Source of the DNA: Chiloscyllium plagiosum
Lineage: Eukaryota
Length of the DNA: 64,000 bases
Assembly: GCF_004010195.1 (NCBI RefSeq)
Contig: NC_057756.1
Coordinates: 9,000,320 to 9,064,319, forward strand
Reading direction: 5' to 3'
Position numbers and translations under genes: made by a program. Positions 1 through 11,594 of this stretch are shown one piece after another. The notes below the pieces were generated by a model that made no database searches, had not been told where the DNA came from, and was given only the letters and a program-made list of their open reading frames with translations. Within the stretch, counting starts at the first letter, position 1; every line of letters starts with the position of its first letter.

Positions 1-59
1 GGCTAGACAGGTTGGTTTAATCTTGCTCCTATCTCTATGTTTTAATATTTTGATGTAAA

Positions 60-700
60 ACCTGATGTCCTCACCTGGTCTGGTCTCTATGTGATTGCAG
101 TCCTCTATTATCTCCCCAATGACTTACTTGGAATTTCAGTTTGTATCAAACCAATGAAGAGAAAAAAAAATTAAACCGAACAGACCACTGGCTATGACTC
201 TGACTCTGAATCAGGTCACAACAAAGAAACATCCAGCACAGTCTTAGGGAAAGTCCCTTCAGTCAGGATCCTGGTTTCCAGGTTGGGAGACTATGTCACA
301 GAGTCTGAATTCCCTGTGCATCTCACACTGCACTATTACCACCTCAGGTCGTAACTGATCTCACCAGCGGTGGACAGTCAGGAGGGAGAGGTGATCGGTC
401 TCCTCAACCTTGACTTTGAGCCCCATGAAGACTCTCAGCCTCGGATCAAACATGGACCTGGAAACCTCCTGCTGGTTCTCAGCTACTTCCCTCCCTTATC
501 TGATGAATCAGAATCAGTTCTCCTTCGTGCTGGACGTCATTTGTACAAAGCAGTGAGTATCACTTGGAAACAATTAGAGTGCCCACTACCAAGGGTTATT
601 TTGTAAAAACACAACTGACGGAGCTGGCTGAGCCCTGAAGGACAGAGTTACCAAACTGGGATGATGGAAGGGGTTAACGGTGCTATAACATGCACATACC
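60..700 (+). mobile_element. Degenerate CR1-group LINE endonuclease-region fragment
   Basis: Broken frames resemble the LINE APE endonuclease region (QPRIKHGPGNLLL...PPLSDESES.LL); many stops. Confidence 0.5.
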
Positions 701-727
701 CCCTGAAACATGGTCCTTTCATCTTCA

Positions 728-1005
728 GATTAGAATAGATTCCCTAGTGCAGAAACAGGCCCTTCGGCCCAACAAGTCCACACAATGACCCTCCAAAGAC
801 TAACCAACCCAGACCCATTTCCCTCTGACTAATGCACCTAACATTATGGGCAATTTACCATGGCGAATTTACCTGACCTGCACGTCTTTGGACTGTGGGA
901 GGAAACCGGAGCAAATCCACACAGACACGGGGAGAATGTCTGTGTGGAGTTTGATGCTGAGAATCGAACCTGGGACCCTGGTGCACTGAGCCAACATGCC
1001 ACCCC
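728..1005 (-). mobile_element. HE1-type tRNA-derived SINE
   Basis: Reverse complement matches the copies at 8468, 15250 and 51135 (gtccaaagacgtgcaggtcaggt core, ctaat tail). Confidence 0.85.
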
Positions 1006-1649
1006 ACGGTGTTGGTGAACTGGAGACAGGCCAAGAGCCCCTCTCAAGCAGCCTTTGTGAGACCCAGTGCACTGACCATTAAAGTGCACCCCAGGATCCT
1101 ATGGGGTGGGGGTGGGTGGGAAGGGGGGGCCCGGATGTAAGCTGCTGGAAATGATCCTGCTCAGGGTCACTCTGGAAAACTTCCATTCTACCCTTCACAG
1201 TTAATGCAATCCTGTTGGAATTTTGATTCCCAATCCTGTTCCTGAACCCTCCTGATCAGTCTGACCGGAGCCTCATTCCTCCCTGGATGTGTTTCCCTAA
1301 AGCCTGAGAGTCTCTGAACATTTCTACAGTTTGTTTCACACCCCATACTAAACAGGTTTTCTTTAGGACAAGTTCTGACACCTGGACTGAACACACCTGT
1401 ATCAGGTAAATCTGTTTCTAGACTACTGCATGTGTTTTCAGCTCTTACATTGGATCATGCTGGATAGACAGGGAGGTTTGAAATGCTGAGAGAGATTTTA
1501 TCAAAGAATGACTGTGACAGTGAGTGGTGTGGGTCACTGTTGCCTGGAACTGGTTCTTAAGCTACTTGAAATTTTTATTTCAATTCCTGAGATTCACTTT
1601 TCTGTTCTTCAGATACAGAACTCTCTTGAAAACCAAAAGATCTGATGTT

Positions 1650-1765
1650 GTAACAAAAACAAAAACAGAAGTTGCCAGAAAAACTCAGCTGGTCTGGCAA
1701 CTTCTGTGGAGAGAAACCCGAGTTAACATTTCAGGTCAAGTGACTCTTCCGCAGAATTCAAAGAA
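1650..1765 (-). mobile_element. Penelope-type short terminal repeat with degenerate hammerhead core
   Basis: Minus strand reads ctgcggaagagtcacttgacctgaaatgttaactc...ccagctgagtttttctggcaacttctgtttttgtttt. Confidence 0.55.
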
Positions 1766-3079
1766 CTCTGAACGTGCTACCACTAGTATTAGTGTTTCCG
1801 GAATTCTGTGTAGGAACCAAGTGTACAATTTTAACCAAACCCCCATGACTGGTTTAAGTCAATGGAGGAGAACACAGACCCAGGAGGGAACCAGTGTTTC
1901 ATCCAGTCCTATGCCTTACTGATCAGCAAATTATTTTAAAATGTCCACTTTATTTCAGCAGCTGTTGGGTTTAATTAAAAAGGGAGACTGCCACTTGTCA
2001 GTTACGTCTTTTGGAAAGCACACGTCAATCACATTGTGAGGCAATGTGCACGCACAAGGAGTTGAGGTGGTCTCGTTTGTTAGTGGTTATTGGTATCTAA
2101 TCTCCCAAATCCCTCCAAGAGTATAATTAACCAAGGATCTGTTTGTACTGGACCTGATTCTGAAACACGAGGTGCTGAAGTTCTCTGCTGTTAGTCTTGT
2201 TACTGCGTCCTAGTCTGTTAATGGCTTCACTTGATCCTGGACTTTCTACTACAGCAAGATATGGATTGCTAACCAAAGTGCTTGTTTCTACTTTTACTGT
2301 AATTGTGATTTTTGTGATCCTAAAACAACCGAGGTACCGAGTTTCGCAACATCCAACAGTTCACGTTTATTCTGATTACATTTTTGTAAGCGAAAACCCC
2401 ATGTGTTTGAGGTTGAACTCCTGAAAATCACAACTTTCAGTGAGACCTGATTCCCCATTGTAATCAGTGTTTTAGATTTAGAGTTAGATTGCTGCTGACA
2501 ATTTTTGCTGGAAAAAAAAGATGCACAGATTGAAATACTGAAGTGTGTGTGTAAAATACTATGTATAAACAACTGAAGTAATTTACAAAACAAAATGAAT
2601 CACTAAATATGAAAGAAATACCACATACCATGCAATTCAATACTGTTAAAACATGACTGCTGTACAGTACTTTTAAACTGAACATTCCTCATCCAGTGGC
2701 AGGTGCGAGTTGGTACTGGATCAGCCCATCTGATCTAATCCCTTGCTCAATATTAAATAGAGACCCTCATCTAATTCTTCATCAGCAATATTGAAGTTAG
2801 CTGTCGTTTTTCTGTTTGTTTAGTGTCTTGATCAACACAGCCCCTGGAACGTCCAGCTCTTGCCCATTGCCTCCTCTCCTTTATACTCTATTCTTGTCAC
2901 CCATTTTCCAGCTGCCATTGATCCCCAGGATGTTGAGTGTCATTTGATGGGTCTGTCCTCCTGAACAGCTCCTTTATACACTTGTTCAAAGTGTTGGATT
3001 CTTTAAAACAACGTGCACTCTGCTGGTTTCTCTCTCATAAGAATTATGTTCCAAGCTGATGCTCTAGCAATCGAAGCAT

Positions 3080-3825
3080 CATAGAGTCAGAGATGTACAG
3101 CACAGAAACAGACCCTTCACTCCAACCAGTCCATGCCGACCAGATATCCCAACCCAGTCTAGTCCCACCTGCCAGCACCAGGCCCACATGCCTCCAAACC
3201 CTTCCTATTCATATACCCTCTAAATGCCTTTTAAATATTGCAATTTTAATAGCCTCCACCACTTCCTCTGGCAGCTCATTCAACATACATACCACCCTTG
3301 GTGTGAAAACATTGCCCCTTAGGTCCCTTTTATAGCTTTCCCCTCTCACCCTAAACCTATGCCCTCTAGTTCTGGACTCTCCCACCCCAGGGGAGTCTGT
3401 CTACTTATCATATAGAGGTTTACAAAATTGAGGGGAATGGATAAGGTCACCTCACAGCCTCCGATGCTCCAGAGAAAACAGCCCCAACCTGTTCAGCCTC
3501 TCCCTATAGCACGAATCCTCCAACCCCAGTAATATCCTTATAAATCTTTTCTAAACCCTTTCAAATTTCACAACATCCTTCCAATAGGAAGGAGACCAGA
3601 ATTGCATGCAATATTCCAAAAGTGGCCTAACCAACGTCCTGTACAGCTGCAACATGACCTCCCAACTCCTGTACTCAATACTCTGACCAATAAAGTAAAG
3701 CATACCAAAATGCCTTCTTCACTATCCTATCTCCCTGCGACTCCACTTTCAAGGAGCTATGAACCTGCACTCCCAGGTCTCTTTGCTCAATAACACTCCC
3801 TAGGACCTTACCATTAAGTATATAA
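3080..3825 (-). mobile_element. CR1 (HER1-like) LINE 3' fragment with internal micro-inversion
   Basis: Matches the other CR1 3' ends; tail ctctatgactct; 3406-3443 is inverted. Confidence 0.9.
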
Positions 3826-4229
3826 CATCAAGTGGTGTCCCTTTGATAGAAGGTGACCTGTTCAGGTGAAACATACAGCCTTGTGAAACTCTAACTGAGT
3901 TTCCACTGCACTGAGTCTGGATTAGGGATGGCAGAATCAGCCCAATGTTGTGGGGATCGAGTGATTCCTGGAGCAAAAAGTCTGAGCTGAGGATTGGGCT
4001 CACCAATGACTTCCTGCTTTACACAAAAGCTTGAGTAGCAGAATCCCAGGAGGGAAACTCCCAGTGAAAATGCTTATGAGAAAAGCTTTACAATTTGGAA
4101 ACTCTGAAACCATCCTGTTAATGGGTGCCTGAGAATGTCAGGTAGTTTCTGATGAAATTATTGACTTGTTCTCAGCATGGATGATACAATCAGATTCCAT
4201 TTATTGTCCATCTTGTCTTGAAGCACTGC

Positions 4230-4505
4230 AGACGTAGAGCTGTACAGCATGGAAACAGATCCTTCAGTCTAACTTGTCCATGCTGACTAGATATCCTATA
4301 TTAATCTAGTCCTATTTGCCAGCACTAGGCTCATATACCTCTAAACCCTATTCGTGTACCCATCCAGATGCCTTTTAAAATGTTGTAATTGTACTAGCCT
4401 CCACCACTTTCTCTGGCAGCTCATTCCATAAATGAACACTCTTTGCGTGAAGAAGTTGCCCCTTTGAATCAAAAATCTATACCCTTTTGTTTTGGACTTC
4501 CCTAC
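4230..4505 (-). mobile_element. CR1 3' end fragment
   Basis: tgtacagcatggaaacagatccttc tail motif shared with many copies. Confidence 0.85.
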
Positions 4506-5226
4506 TAGCACGACCCAGAGCTTTTGGGGGACTGTGATTTTTGATCTCCATTTTAATTCATGTTCTCACTCTGACACTGAAGGTTCACAGCCTCAAGGTA
4601 GGCCATTTAAGATTGAGATGGGTAAAACATTTCTTCACTCAAAAGGATAGTAAACCTATGACCCACACTGCAGAGGCCCCACCACTTGAGTTATACCCAA
4701 GTGATGGCTAAATTTACAGATTTCAAAGGCATCAAGGGCTATGGGGGAAAAGCAGGAAGGTGGCTTTGAGACAGAGGACCAGACATGATCACACTGAATG
4801 GTAGAGGGCCAACTGGCCTACTCGTGTTCCCGGTTTCTATTCTTTGACCAAACACTTTACAGCTTTCAGGACTGAACTGTGAGTTTACACATAATCTATT
4901 CCTATTTTACTAGATTTTTCTTTTATTATCTAAACCACCAACAAACCTCACTCTTTACAACAAAAGCAATAACAAATTACAAGTATTGGCACCAGGGATA
5001 GTGCTCATTTTTCTCTTTAGAGACTTCATGACAGCCAACTATTTAGCTGGTTCCTATTTGTTTAAGGCATCTTCTAATCAAATTTGTTCAGAAGTGTAAC
5101 TACACATCTCTGAAGCAGCTGACACTTTAACCCCGCACTCTTATTTGAGAGGTAAGGTCACTACCACTACACCAACAGAGCTCCTCACTTCTGTCTTTTT
5201 TTAAAAAAAATAACATTTTTCTCTTC

Positions 5227-5412
5227 AGAGCTGAAAATGTGTTGCTGGAAAAGTGCAGCAGGTCAGGCAGCATCCAAGGAGCAGGAGAATCGACGTTTCG
5301 GGCATAAGCCATTCTCGATTCTCCTGTTCCTTTGATGCTACCTGACCTGCTGCACTTTTCCAGCAACACATTTTCAGCTCTGATCTCCAGCATCTGCAGC
5401 CCTCACTTTCTC
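5227..5412. mobile_element. Fold-back Penelope-derived short element (family A)
   Basis: Arms gctgaaaatgtgttgctggaaaagtgcagcaggtcagg / cctgacctgctgcacttttccagcaacacattttcagc are inverted repeats. Confidence 0.8.
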
Positions 5413-5869
5413 AAATATTTTTCTCATCAACCTGGTGAGATATGTTATTACATATCTCTGGAGCAGGTGGGTCTTAAACCTGTTCCTCCATTTTCAGTGG
5501 CAGAGACATTACCACTGCATCACAAGAGGGCCCTTACTTGTTTTTTTTAATTTAACCTATTTTCCTAATCAACCTGTTCAGAGATGTTATTACACATCCC
5601 TAGTGAGCATGGTACTTAAACACAGGTGTCCTACATCAGTAAAGACACTATCACCACACAAGTCTCCTCACTTTTCTCTTTGCTTTCTGCCAGATTGACA
5701 TACAGCTCTTTCTTTCACATCTCCTCGGGACAGATATTTCGTTGCTTCACTTGTCATTTTAATCGACCTCCTTAGGTTTGCCAAATAAACTCTTCGGTCT
5801 TTAAATCTCTGCTTTCCTCCAGCCTGTCACAGATCTTCACTCTTGTTCTTTTTCCTCTTACACTTCTAA

Positions 5870-6655
5870 CTTTTTTTTTTATATTTCAAAAATATACTTT
5901 ATTCATATATATTTAATCTATACAATTGGACATGTCATCATTCTGTAAACATTCCATTTCTTTACGTATCGAAACAGGGTAATCATTCATATTCACAGGT
6001 TAGTGCGATTACATTGAGCTCAGACGCCAGCGGAGCCCAAATGACTGCGTGGGCCCCCTGTTCTTCATNNNNNNNNNNNNNNNNNNNNNNNNNNNNNNNN
6101 NNNNNNNNNNNNNNNNNNNNNNNNNNNNNNNNNNNNNNNNNNNNNNNNNNNNNNNNNNNNNNNNNNNNNNNNNNNNNNNNNNNNNNNNNNNNNNNNNNNN
6201 NNNNNNNNNNNNNNNNNNNNNNNNNNNNNNNNNNNNNNNNNNNNNNNNNNNNNNNNNNNNNNNNNNNNNNNNNNNNNNNNNNNNNNNNNNNNNNNNNNNN
6301 NNNNNNNNNNNNNNNNNNNNNNNNNNNNNNNNNNNNNNNNNNNNNNNNNNNNNNNNNNNNNNNNNNNNNNNNNNNNNNNNNNNNNNNNNNNNNNNNNNNN
6401 NNNNNNNNNNNNNNNNNNNNNNNNNNNNNNNNNNNNNNNNNNNNNNNNNNNNNNNNNNNNNNNNNNNNNNNNNNNNNNNNNNNNNNNNNNNNNNNNNNNN
6501 NNNNNNNNNNNNNNNNNNNNNNNNNNNNNNNNNNNNNNNNNNNNNNNNNNNNNNNNNNNNNNNNNNCTTGTTGGAAAGTTCTGGCGATGAGGCATTCAGC
6601 CAAATGGCTTTGGCAGTCTGCTCAGGGAACCGCTCGACAGGATCTGCCTCAGAAG
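5870..6655 (-). mobile_element. Tx1-clade LINE 3' fragment spanning the assembly gap
   Basis: Poly-T at 5871; both gap flanks match the copy at 17657-19225 (gagcccaaatgactg; cttgttggaaag.tctggcgatgaggcatt). Confidence 0.8.
6069..6566. other. Assembly gap (498 N)
   Basis: Run of N. Confidence 1.
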
Positions 6656-6762
6656 AGCTTATGCTCGAAACGTCGACTGTCCTGCTCCTCGGATGGTGCC
6701 TGAACGGCTGTGCCTTTCCAGCACCACACTTTTTGACTCAGTTTAGATGAAAACTCACTTAC

Positions 6763-6870
6763 CAGAAACATTAACTCCGCGATTTTCCACAGACGCGTCT
6801 GGACTTGCTGACTCCTCTCACCATTTCCCATCCTAACATGGCGCCTGTTTCTAGCGGCATTTTCCACCCG
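6763..6870 (-). other. Candidate first exon of a minus-strand transcript
   Basis: Consensus donor CTG|GTAAGTGAG at 6763/6762, directly next to the CpG-rich promoter; 5' end approximate. Confidence 0.55.
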
Positions 6871-7195
6871 ACGTGCTCCCGCTCCCGCCCTGCGCTCTCA
6901 TTGGGCGAGCTGCCTGCCAATCAGCGGATAGCATGGGCGGTGACATGCGCTTCACTGGGACAGTGCGCCAAAGGGAATCCTCAGCTTCTGTTACCTCTTG
7001 TTGATTGGCTGAGTTTCTTGGGCCAGTTTCACGGGGGGCACACCTGAGTGGGTGGGGCGGGCTATGATTGACGGCCCAGACCAGCCCCCTAATTGGCCCT
7101 TGGCTCGAGCAGAAACCGTTAGAAAAAAACAGTTAAAATTTAAAAGTGGGACTGGAAGTAAAACTTCAAACTGATTGGGCAACTACAGTAAGTTT
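6830..7195. promoter_or_regulatory. CpG-rich, possibly bidirectional promoter
   Basis: CCAAT/ATTGG boxes at about 6900, 6917, 7004, 7092 and 7174; GC boxes at about 6884 and 7054; YY1-like AACATGGCG at 6835; MYB sites AACCGTTA 7114-7121 and AACAGTTA 7128-7135; ETS GGAAGT 7154; CHR-like TTTGAA (minus) 7165-7170; CpGs retained. Confidence 0.7.
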
Positions 7196-8166
7196 AATTT
7201 TTTGGGGGGAGGGAGGAGATATCACGTAAAGGAAGCTAAGAAAAAAAAACTAAAGAGGTAAATGTGTGATGTGTTGGAATAAGCATTGAATTTACTGGAA
7301 AGAAATGTTTGTTTTAAGGATGAATCATTGTCTGGAGTTGGGGCTTCCAAGAGGAAAGGGAACTGGACAATGGGAAATCCTCCCAAACCAACAACACCCA
7401 GCCTTCCTGAGAAGGACAATGCAGTGGGAGTGTGGAAAAACTATCACCTTCAAGCTCCTCTCAGAATCACACACTCACTGTCCCGCTTTGGAGAGATATA
7501 TTCCTTCATCGTCGTTGTGTCATAATCCTGGAACTCCCTCCCTAATGGCACAGTGGGAGCTAAGCCTGATGGAACTCAAGTGGTTTGAGCAGAAGGCCCC
7601 CACCATCTTCCCAAGCAGGACATAGGATGGACAATTAATGTGGGCCTTATCATTTAACATAACTCAAGACTTAATACAGCATTGTAATGATGAAGCATCT
7701 CCCTCCACTGCTGTACACTCTGAAGATTATGTTTTATACAGAAAGCTGTGGTTACATGGACAGCTCCTGTAGCATAACTAACAGCATCCTACCAGGAAAG
7801 CACAGATAGATACCATGACTGGTGGGCTAATAATTCTCCCATGGGGCACCTGTTCTCTGTTGACCAGAGTAGAGCTAACAAATGTGGAAGTCAAATGATG
7901 TCTGCTGAAAAAAGCCCCATCTTTGAGGTGATTCAATTTTTCTTTGGATGCAGTAACACAGCTAAGATAGCTTTATGGTGCAACGGATAGCATCTCTGTC
8001 TCTGAGCCAGGAGCTGTAGTTTCAAGTTCAACCCCAAGACTCATTGACCATGGAAGATGCATTCATAATGCAACCAAACAGGTCAACCTGCAAATTCTTC
8101 CAACATGGTGATGGAAGGTGGTGGAAGTAAGAGAGATTCCTGGTCAGCTGTGATTGATGTGGAGTG

Positions 8167-8385
8167 GTGATTAGATTAGAGCGGTGCTGGAAAAGCACAC
8201 CAGGTTCAGGCAGCATCCGAGGAGCAGGAAAATCAACGTCTCGGGCAGGATTCATTCCTGATGAAGGGCTCCTGCCCGAAATGTCGATCTTCCCGCTCTT
8301 CGGATGCTGCTTGACCTGCTGTGCTTTTCCAGCACCATTCTAATCTTGTCTCTCATCTCCAGCATCTGCAGTCCTCACTTTCGCC
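8167..8385. mobile_element. Fold-back Penelope-derived element (family A) with 13-bp TSD
   Basis: Inverted arms; TTGATGTGGAGTG is duplicated at 8154-8166 and 8386-8398. Confidence 0.85.
8252..8290 (+). ncRNA. Minimal type I hammerhead ribozyme motif
   Basis: CTGATGA(8258-8264)-A-GGGC-TCCT-GCCC-GAAA-T-GTC; short stem I (TC/GA). Confidence 0.7.
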
Positions 8386-8467
8386 TTGATGTGGAGTGAT
8401 GTCCTTCAAGCACAAACTTCTGGCTTCAGGCTAGTGACCTAAAGGGAAAAAAACATAAATAGACAGA

Positions 8468-8765
8468 GGGCGGCACGGTGGCTCAGTGGTTAGCACTGCT
8501 GCCTCACAGCGCTAGGAACCCAGGTTTGATTTTAGCCTCGGGTGGCTGTCTGTGTCGAGTTTGCACATTCTCCCTGTGTCTGCATGGGTTTTCTCCCACA
8601 GTCCAAAGATGTGCAGGTCAGGTGAGTTGGCCATGCTAAATTGCCCATAATGTTAGGTGCATTCATTAGAGGGAAATGAATCTGAGTGGGTTAGTCTTCG
8701 GCGGGTTGGTGTGGACTTGTTGGGCTGAAGGGCCTGTTTCAACACTGCAGGGAATCTAATCTAAA
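8468..8765 (+). mobile_element. HE1-type SINE, full length
   Basis: tRNA-like head ggcggcacggtggctcagtggttagcactgctgcctcacagcg with A/B boxes; aatct tail. Confidence 0.9.
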
Positions 8766-9199
8766 GTGTGCGATTCATTGGCCTCATATCTCCAGCTGAA
8801 GGAAGGATATAAAGAAAGAAGAAGGAAATAAGTCTAATGACTGTCCTGTGAATTTTCAAAGGTATCCTCACTAATGTAATAGTGGATAAAAAGTGAGTGT
8901 CTCATTGAAATTCTGAATGCACACACAAATCAGTTCAAACTGCATCTATGAGGAAGTTCAATGTATTTTCAACACCGAAACAAAGTGAATAGAAATTGGA
9001 TGGAATTTTCCATGTTGGGAATGAATTACAATGGGCAACAAAGGAATGTGTGTTTAAAATATTAAATAAGGATTAGCCAAATGAGCCTAACCACAGATAT
9101 AATGAAGTTCAAAATGGATAGAAACCCAATGGTGCACTCAATGGATTTGGGAATTAGAATCCCTAACATTGTTGATGGATCTGTGGAAATCTAAGCTGC

Positions 9200-10120
9200 T
9201 CTTTGGATTTGCACAGAGCCCTCCAGCCATTTCCAGTACAGTGCCAGCTGCATGTCATGTTGTCCTCTCATGTCTCCCACCCTGTGTCAGAGGGAGCCAA
9301 ACCCTGAAGGGCATAAAATGGAAGAGGACCACCTTCTGATTCTCCCAATCTTGCTCTGCTCACTGGAAGCACCTCGTCCTGCAAGAGAAAAGATAAAATG
9401 TCGATGTGTGTGCAGCCCTGTCATTGTCTGTAGTGCCTACCATAATTGAATAACTGGAAACATGGATTAGAATGATTTGGAGGTGCCGGTGTTGTACTGG
9501 GGTGGACAGAGTTAAAAATCACACAACACCAGGTTATAGTCCAACAGGTTTATTCAGAAGCACTAGCTTTTGGAGTGCTGCTCCTTCGTCAGGTAGTTAG
9601 AGCAGCGCTCTGAAAGCTAGTGCTTCCAAATAAACCTGTTGGACTATAACCTGGTGTTGTGTGATTTTTAATTATGGAAACATGGAGTCAGTGAGGGTTC
9701 AGGGTATTGTTAGCAGCATTAATAGGTGTGTGACGATAAGGTAGCTGTTATTTGAGAACACTGAGTATTCAGGAGTGTTGCTAGGTTTCTCGTGGGATGT
9801 GTGATGCATTGAGCACTGGGAGGCTATTCATGTTCTGGGTACGAGATACCATGGGCATACACATTTAACAACCTTAACAGCCAATGTGAGGTCATTTGAC
9901 TTCTTGTGATGCTGTTACCAAATCTTTGGGCCAGACATTAGGAATGAACTTCCCTGACCACCTGCTCCCATTCTATCAGAGTGTCTTCTGGGCCCCTGAA
10001 CTTCTCCTGTCCATTATCAGCACTAAGCCTCCAGCACAATATCTTTGCCCCTTTGTCTTCTCTCTTTGTTAACATTGGCATGCAATGCTATTCAGCAGCA
10101 GCCCCCTGAAATTCAGTGCA
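9200..10120 (-). mobile_element. Ancient Harbinger-type Myb/SANT DNA-binding gene relic
   Basis: Minus strand about 9880-10040 reads LEA...EWEQVVREVHS...IW*QHHKKSNDL, resembling the WEEVA...RTWQQCRKKFNDL motif; boundaries uncertain. Confidence 0.5.
9467..9674. mobile_element. Fold-back Penelope-derived element (family B) with 12-bp TSD
   Basis: Arms ttaaaaatcacacaacaccaggttatagtccaacaggtttatt and its inverse; TGGAAACATGGA at 9455-9466 and 9675-9686; minus-strand CTGACGA-AGGAG..CTCC-AAAA-GCTA core. Confidence 0.85.
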
Positions 10121-10654
10121 GTTCACATTTAATGTCTGGTACAGATATTAGTTTTGTACGTGTATCTTCAGTCCTTTCTGCATGTTATTTGTCAAACAGG
10201 GAGTTTCTGATCTATGTTATCCAGAAGTTATTTTCAAATTGGGAATATTGCCCTCAGTCAGTTTCAGCAATAAAGAAATTTTCATTCGTCAGACATGGTG
10301 CCCTATTGGTGAGGCAATGAATCCTCCATTCACTTTAACTCCGAGATGAAATCTATGTTTTTTGGAACTTGGTTGCCTATGTGTTTTGTAAATTGACAAC
10401 TGAGAGAATAAACTTTTGCTTGAGTGGAGATTGTAATATTTAAGGTTATATCAGATTTTGTCTCGGAATAGGGCTGTTGCGGGGTTTACATGTCACACAT
10501 CAATTCAAGAGTCAGTGAAAAGTAGTTGGTGAGGGGTTATTTGGAAGCAGACAAAGAGGAACACTGGCTCCATGCAGCGGAAATACTGCTGTTAGCTGTT
10601 TCATAATATGAAAGTCATGAGTGTTTACTGAGTTATACTGGCTCTAAGTCAAAC

Positions 10655-11010
10655 AGCATCTTGATTTAACATTTATATCCTTGTTTTCAAGTCCCTCAAT
10701 GGTCCTGTACCGCAACCCATCTAGTTCTCTGAACCCCTCCACTTGTTCGTCTCTGATTTCAATTGCTTCATCATGGACAGCTGTGCCTTCAGATGCCTGT
10801 GCCCCAAGCTTTGAAATCTGTCTTGAAACCTCTTTGCCTGTACAGTTTACTTTACACCTTTACGATGCTCCTTAAAACCTACCTCACTGACTTTAGATCA
10901 TATGACCAAACAATTCCTTACGTGACTCGGTGTCACATGATATTTGGAATGCCTCTGTAAAGACCCTTGGGATGTAACTTCCGTAAATAGTGTTAGATAA
11001 GTTGATATTT
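10655..11010 (+). mobile_element. L2-type LINE 3' remnant
   Basis: atccttgttttcaagtccctc...cttaaaacctacctc...tgtaaagacccttgggatgt resembles the L2 3' region repeated at 32.6-39.8 kb. Confidence 0.55.
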
Positions 11011-11289
11011 CTATGGTTATGATGGAACTGAGCATGATGTTTACTTCAATATTCTCCCAAACAGGAGAACCCCTTTTTATAAACCACACCGGAGTAGCAG
11101 GCTAAGTGAACTCTGGGAAATAAATAATAAATTTATTGAGACCCGAGAGAGCGGTGTTCTGCCTACTGCAGATTGATTCTGTTAAGTTTCATTCTTGAAG
11201 GAAAATTACAACAGCTTCAACATAACCTGCTCATGGCTCAAGGATATTGCTGAGCAGGTGCTGCTTGATAGCATTGTTGATGATACTCT

Positions 11290-11592
11290 CTATCACACCT
11301 TTCTCCTCCAGTGGTCCCTGGCATCAGAGATGCCAGTTTTCAGCCAATTCCATTCACTCCATGCGATATCAAGACACAGAAGAGGTACTGGATTCTGCAA
11401 AGCCTGTGATAACATTCTGGCAATAGTACAGAAGACCAGAACTTGCCACTCCCCTAGCTGAGCTGTTCCAGTATAGCCATAACACTGGCATCCACTATAC
11501 AATGTAGAAAATTGCGCAGGTATGACCTGCACACAAAAAAAACAGGCCAAATCCAACCCAGTCAATTACCATCCCATCAATCTACACTTGAT
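11290..11592 (+). mobile_element. CR1-group LINE RT fragment (continues about 12360-12560 and 14045-15060)
   Basis: ELATPLAELFQYSHNTGI...NPVNYHPINL; later segment AGVPQGSVFCSTIFICFINDFPS...DDCTI. Confidence 0.75.
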
Positions 11593-11594
11593 TG

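Noticed and set aside
2290..2460. Ig/TCR J segments or RSS
   Set aside because: No FGxG/WGxG motif with a correctly spaced heptamer-nonamer found.
5983..6750. Long ORFs of 176-233 aa
   Set aside because: Artefacts of translating the N gap. The flanks are Tx1, and the gap size roughly equals the corresponding Tx1 interval in the 17.7-19.2 kb copy.
8468..8545. tRNA gene
   Set aside because: tRNA-like head of an HE1 SINE that continues into the SINE body; the same applies to the other copies.
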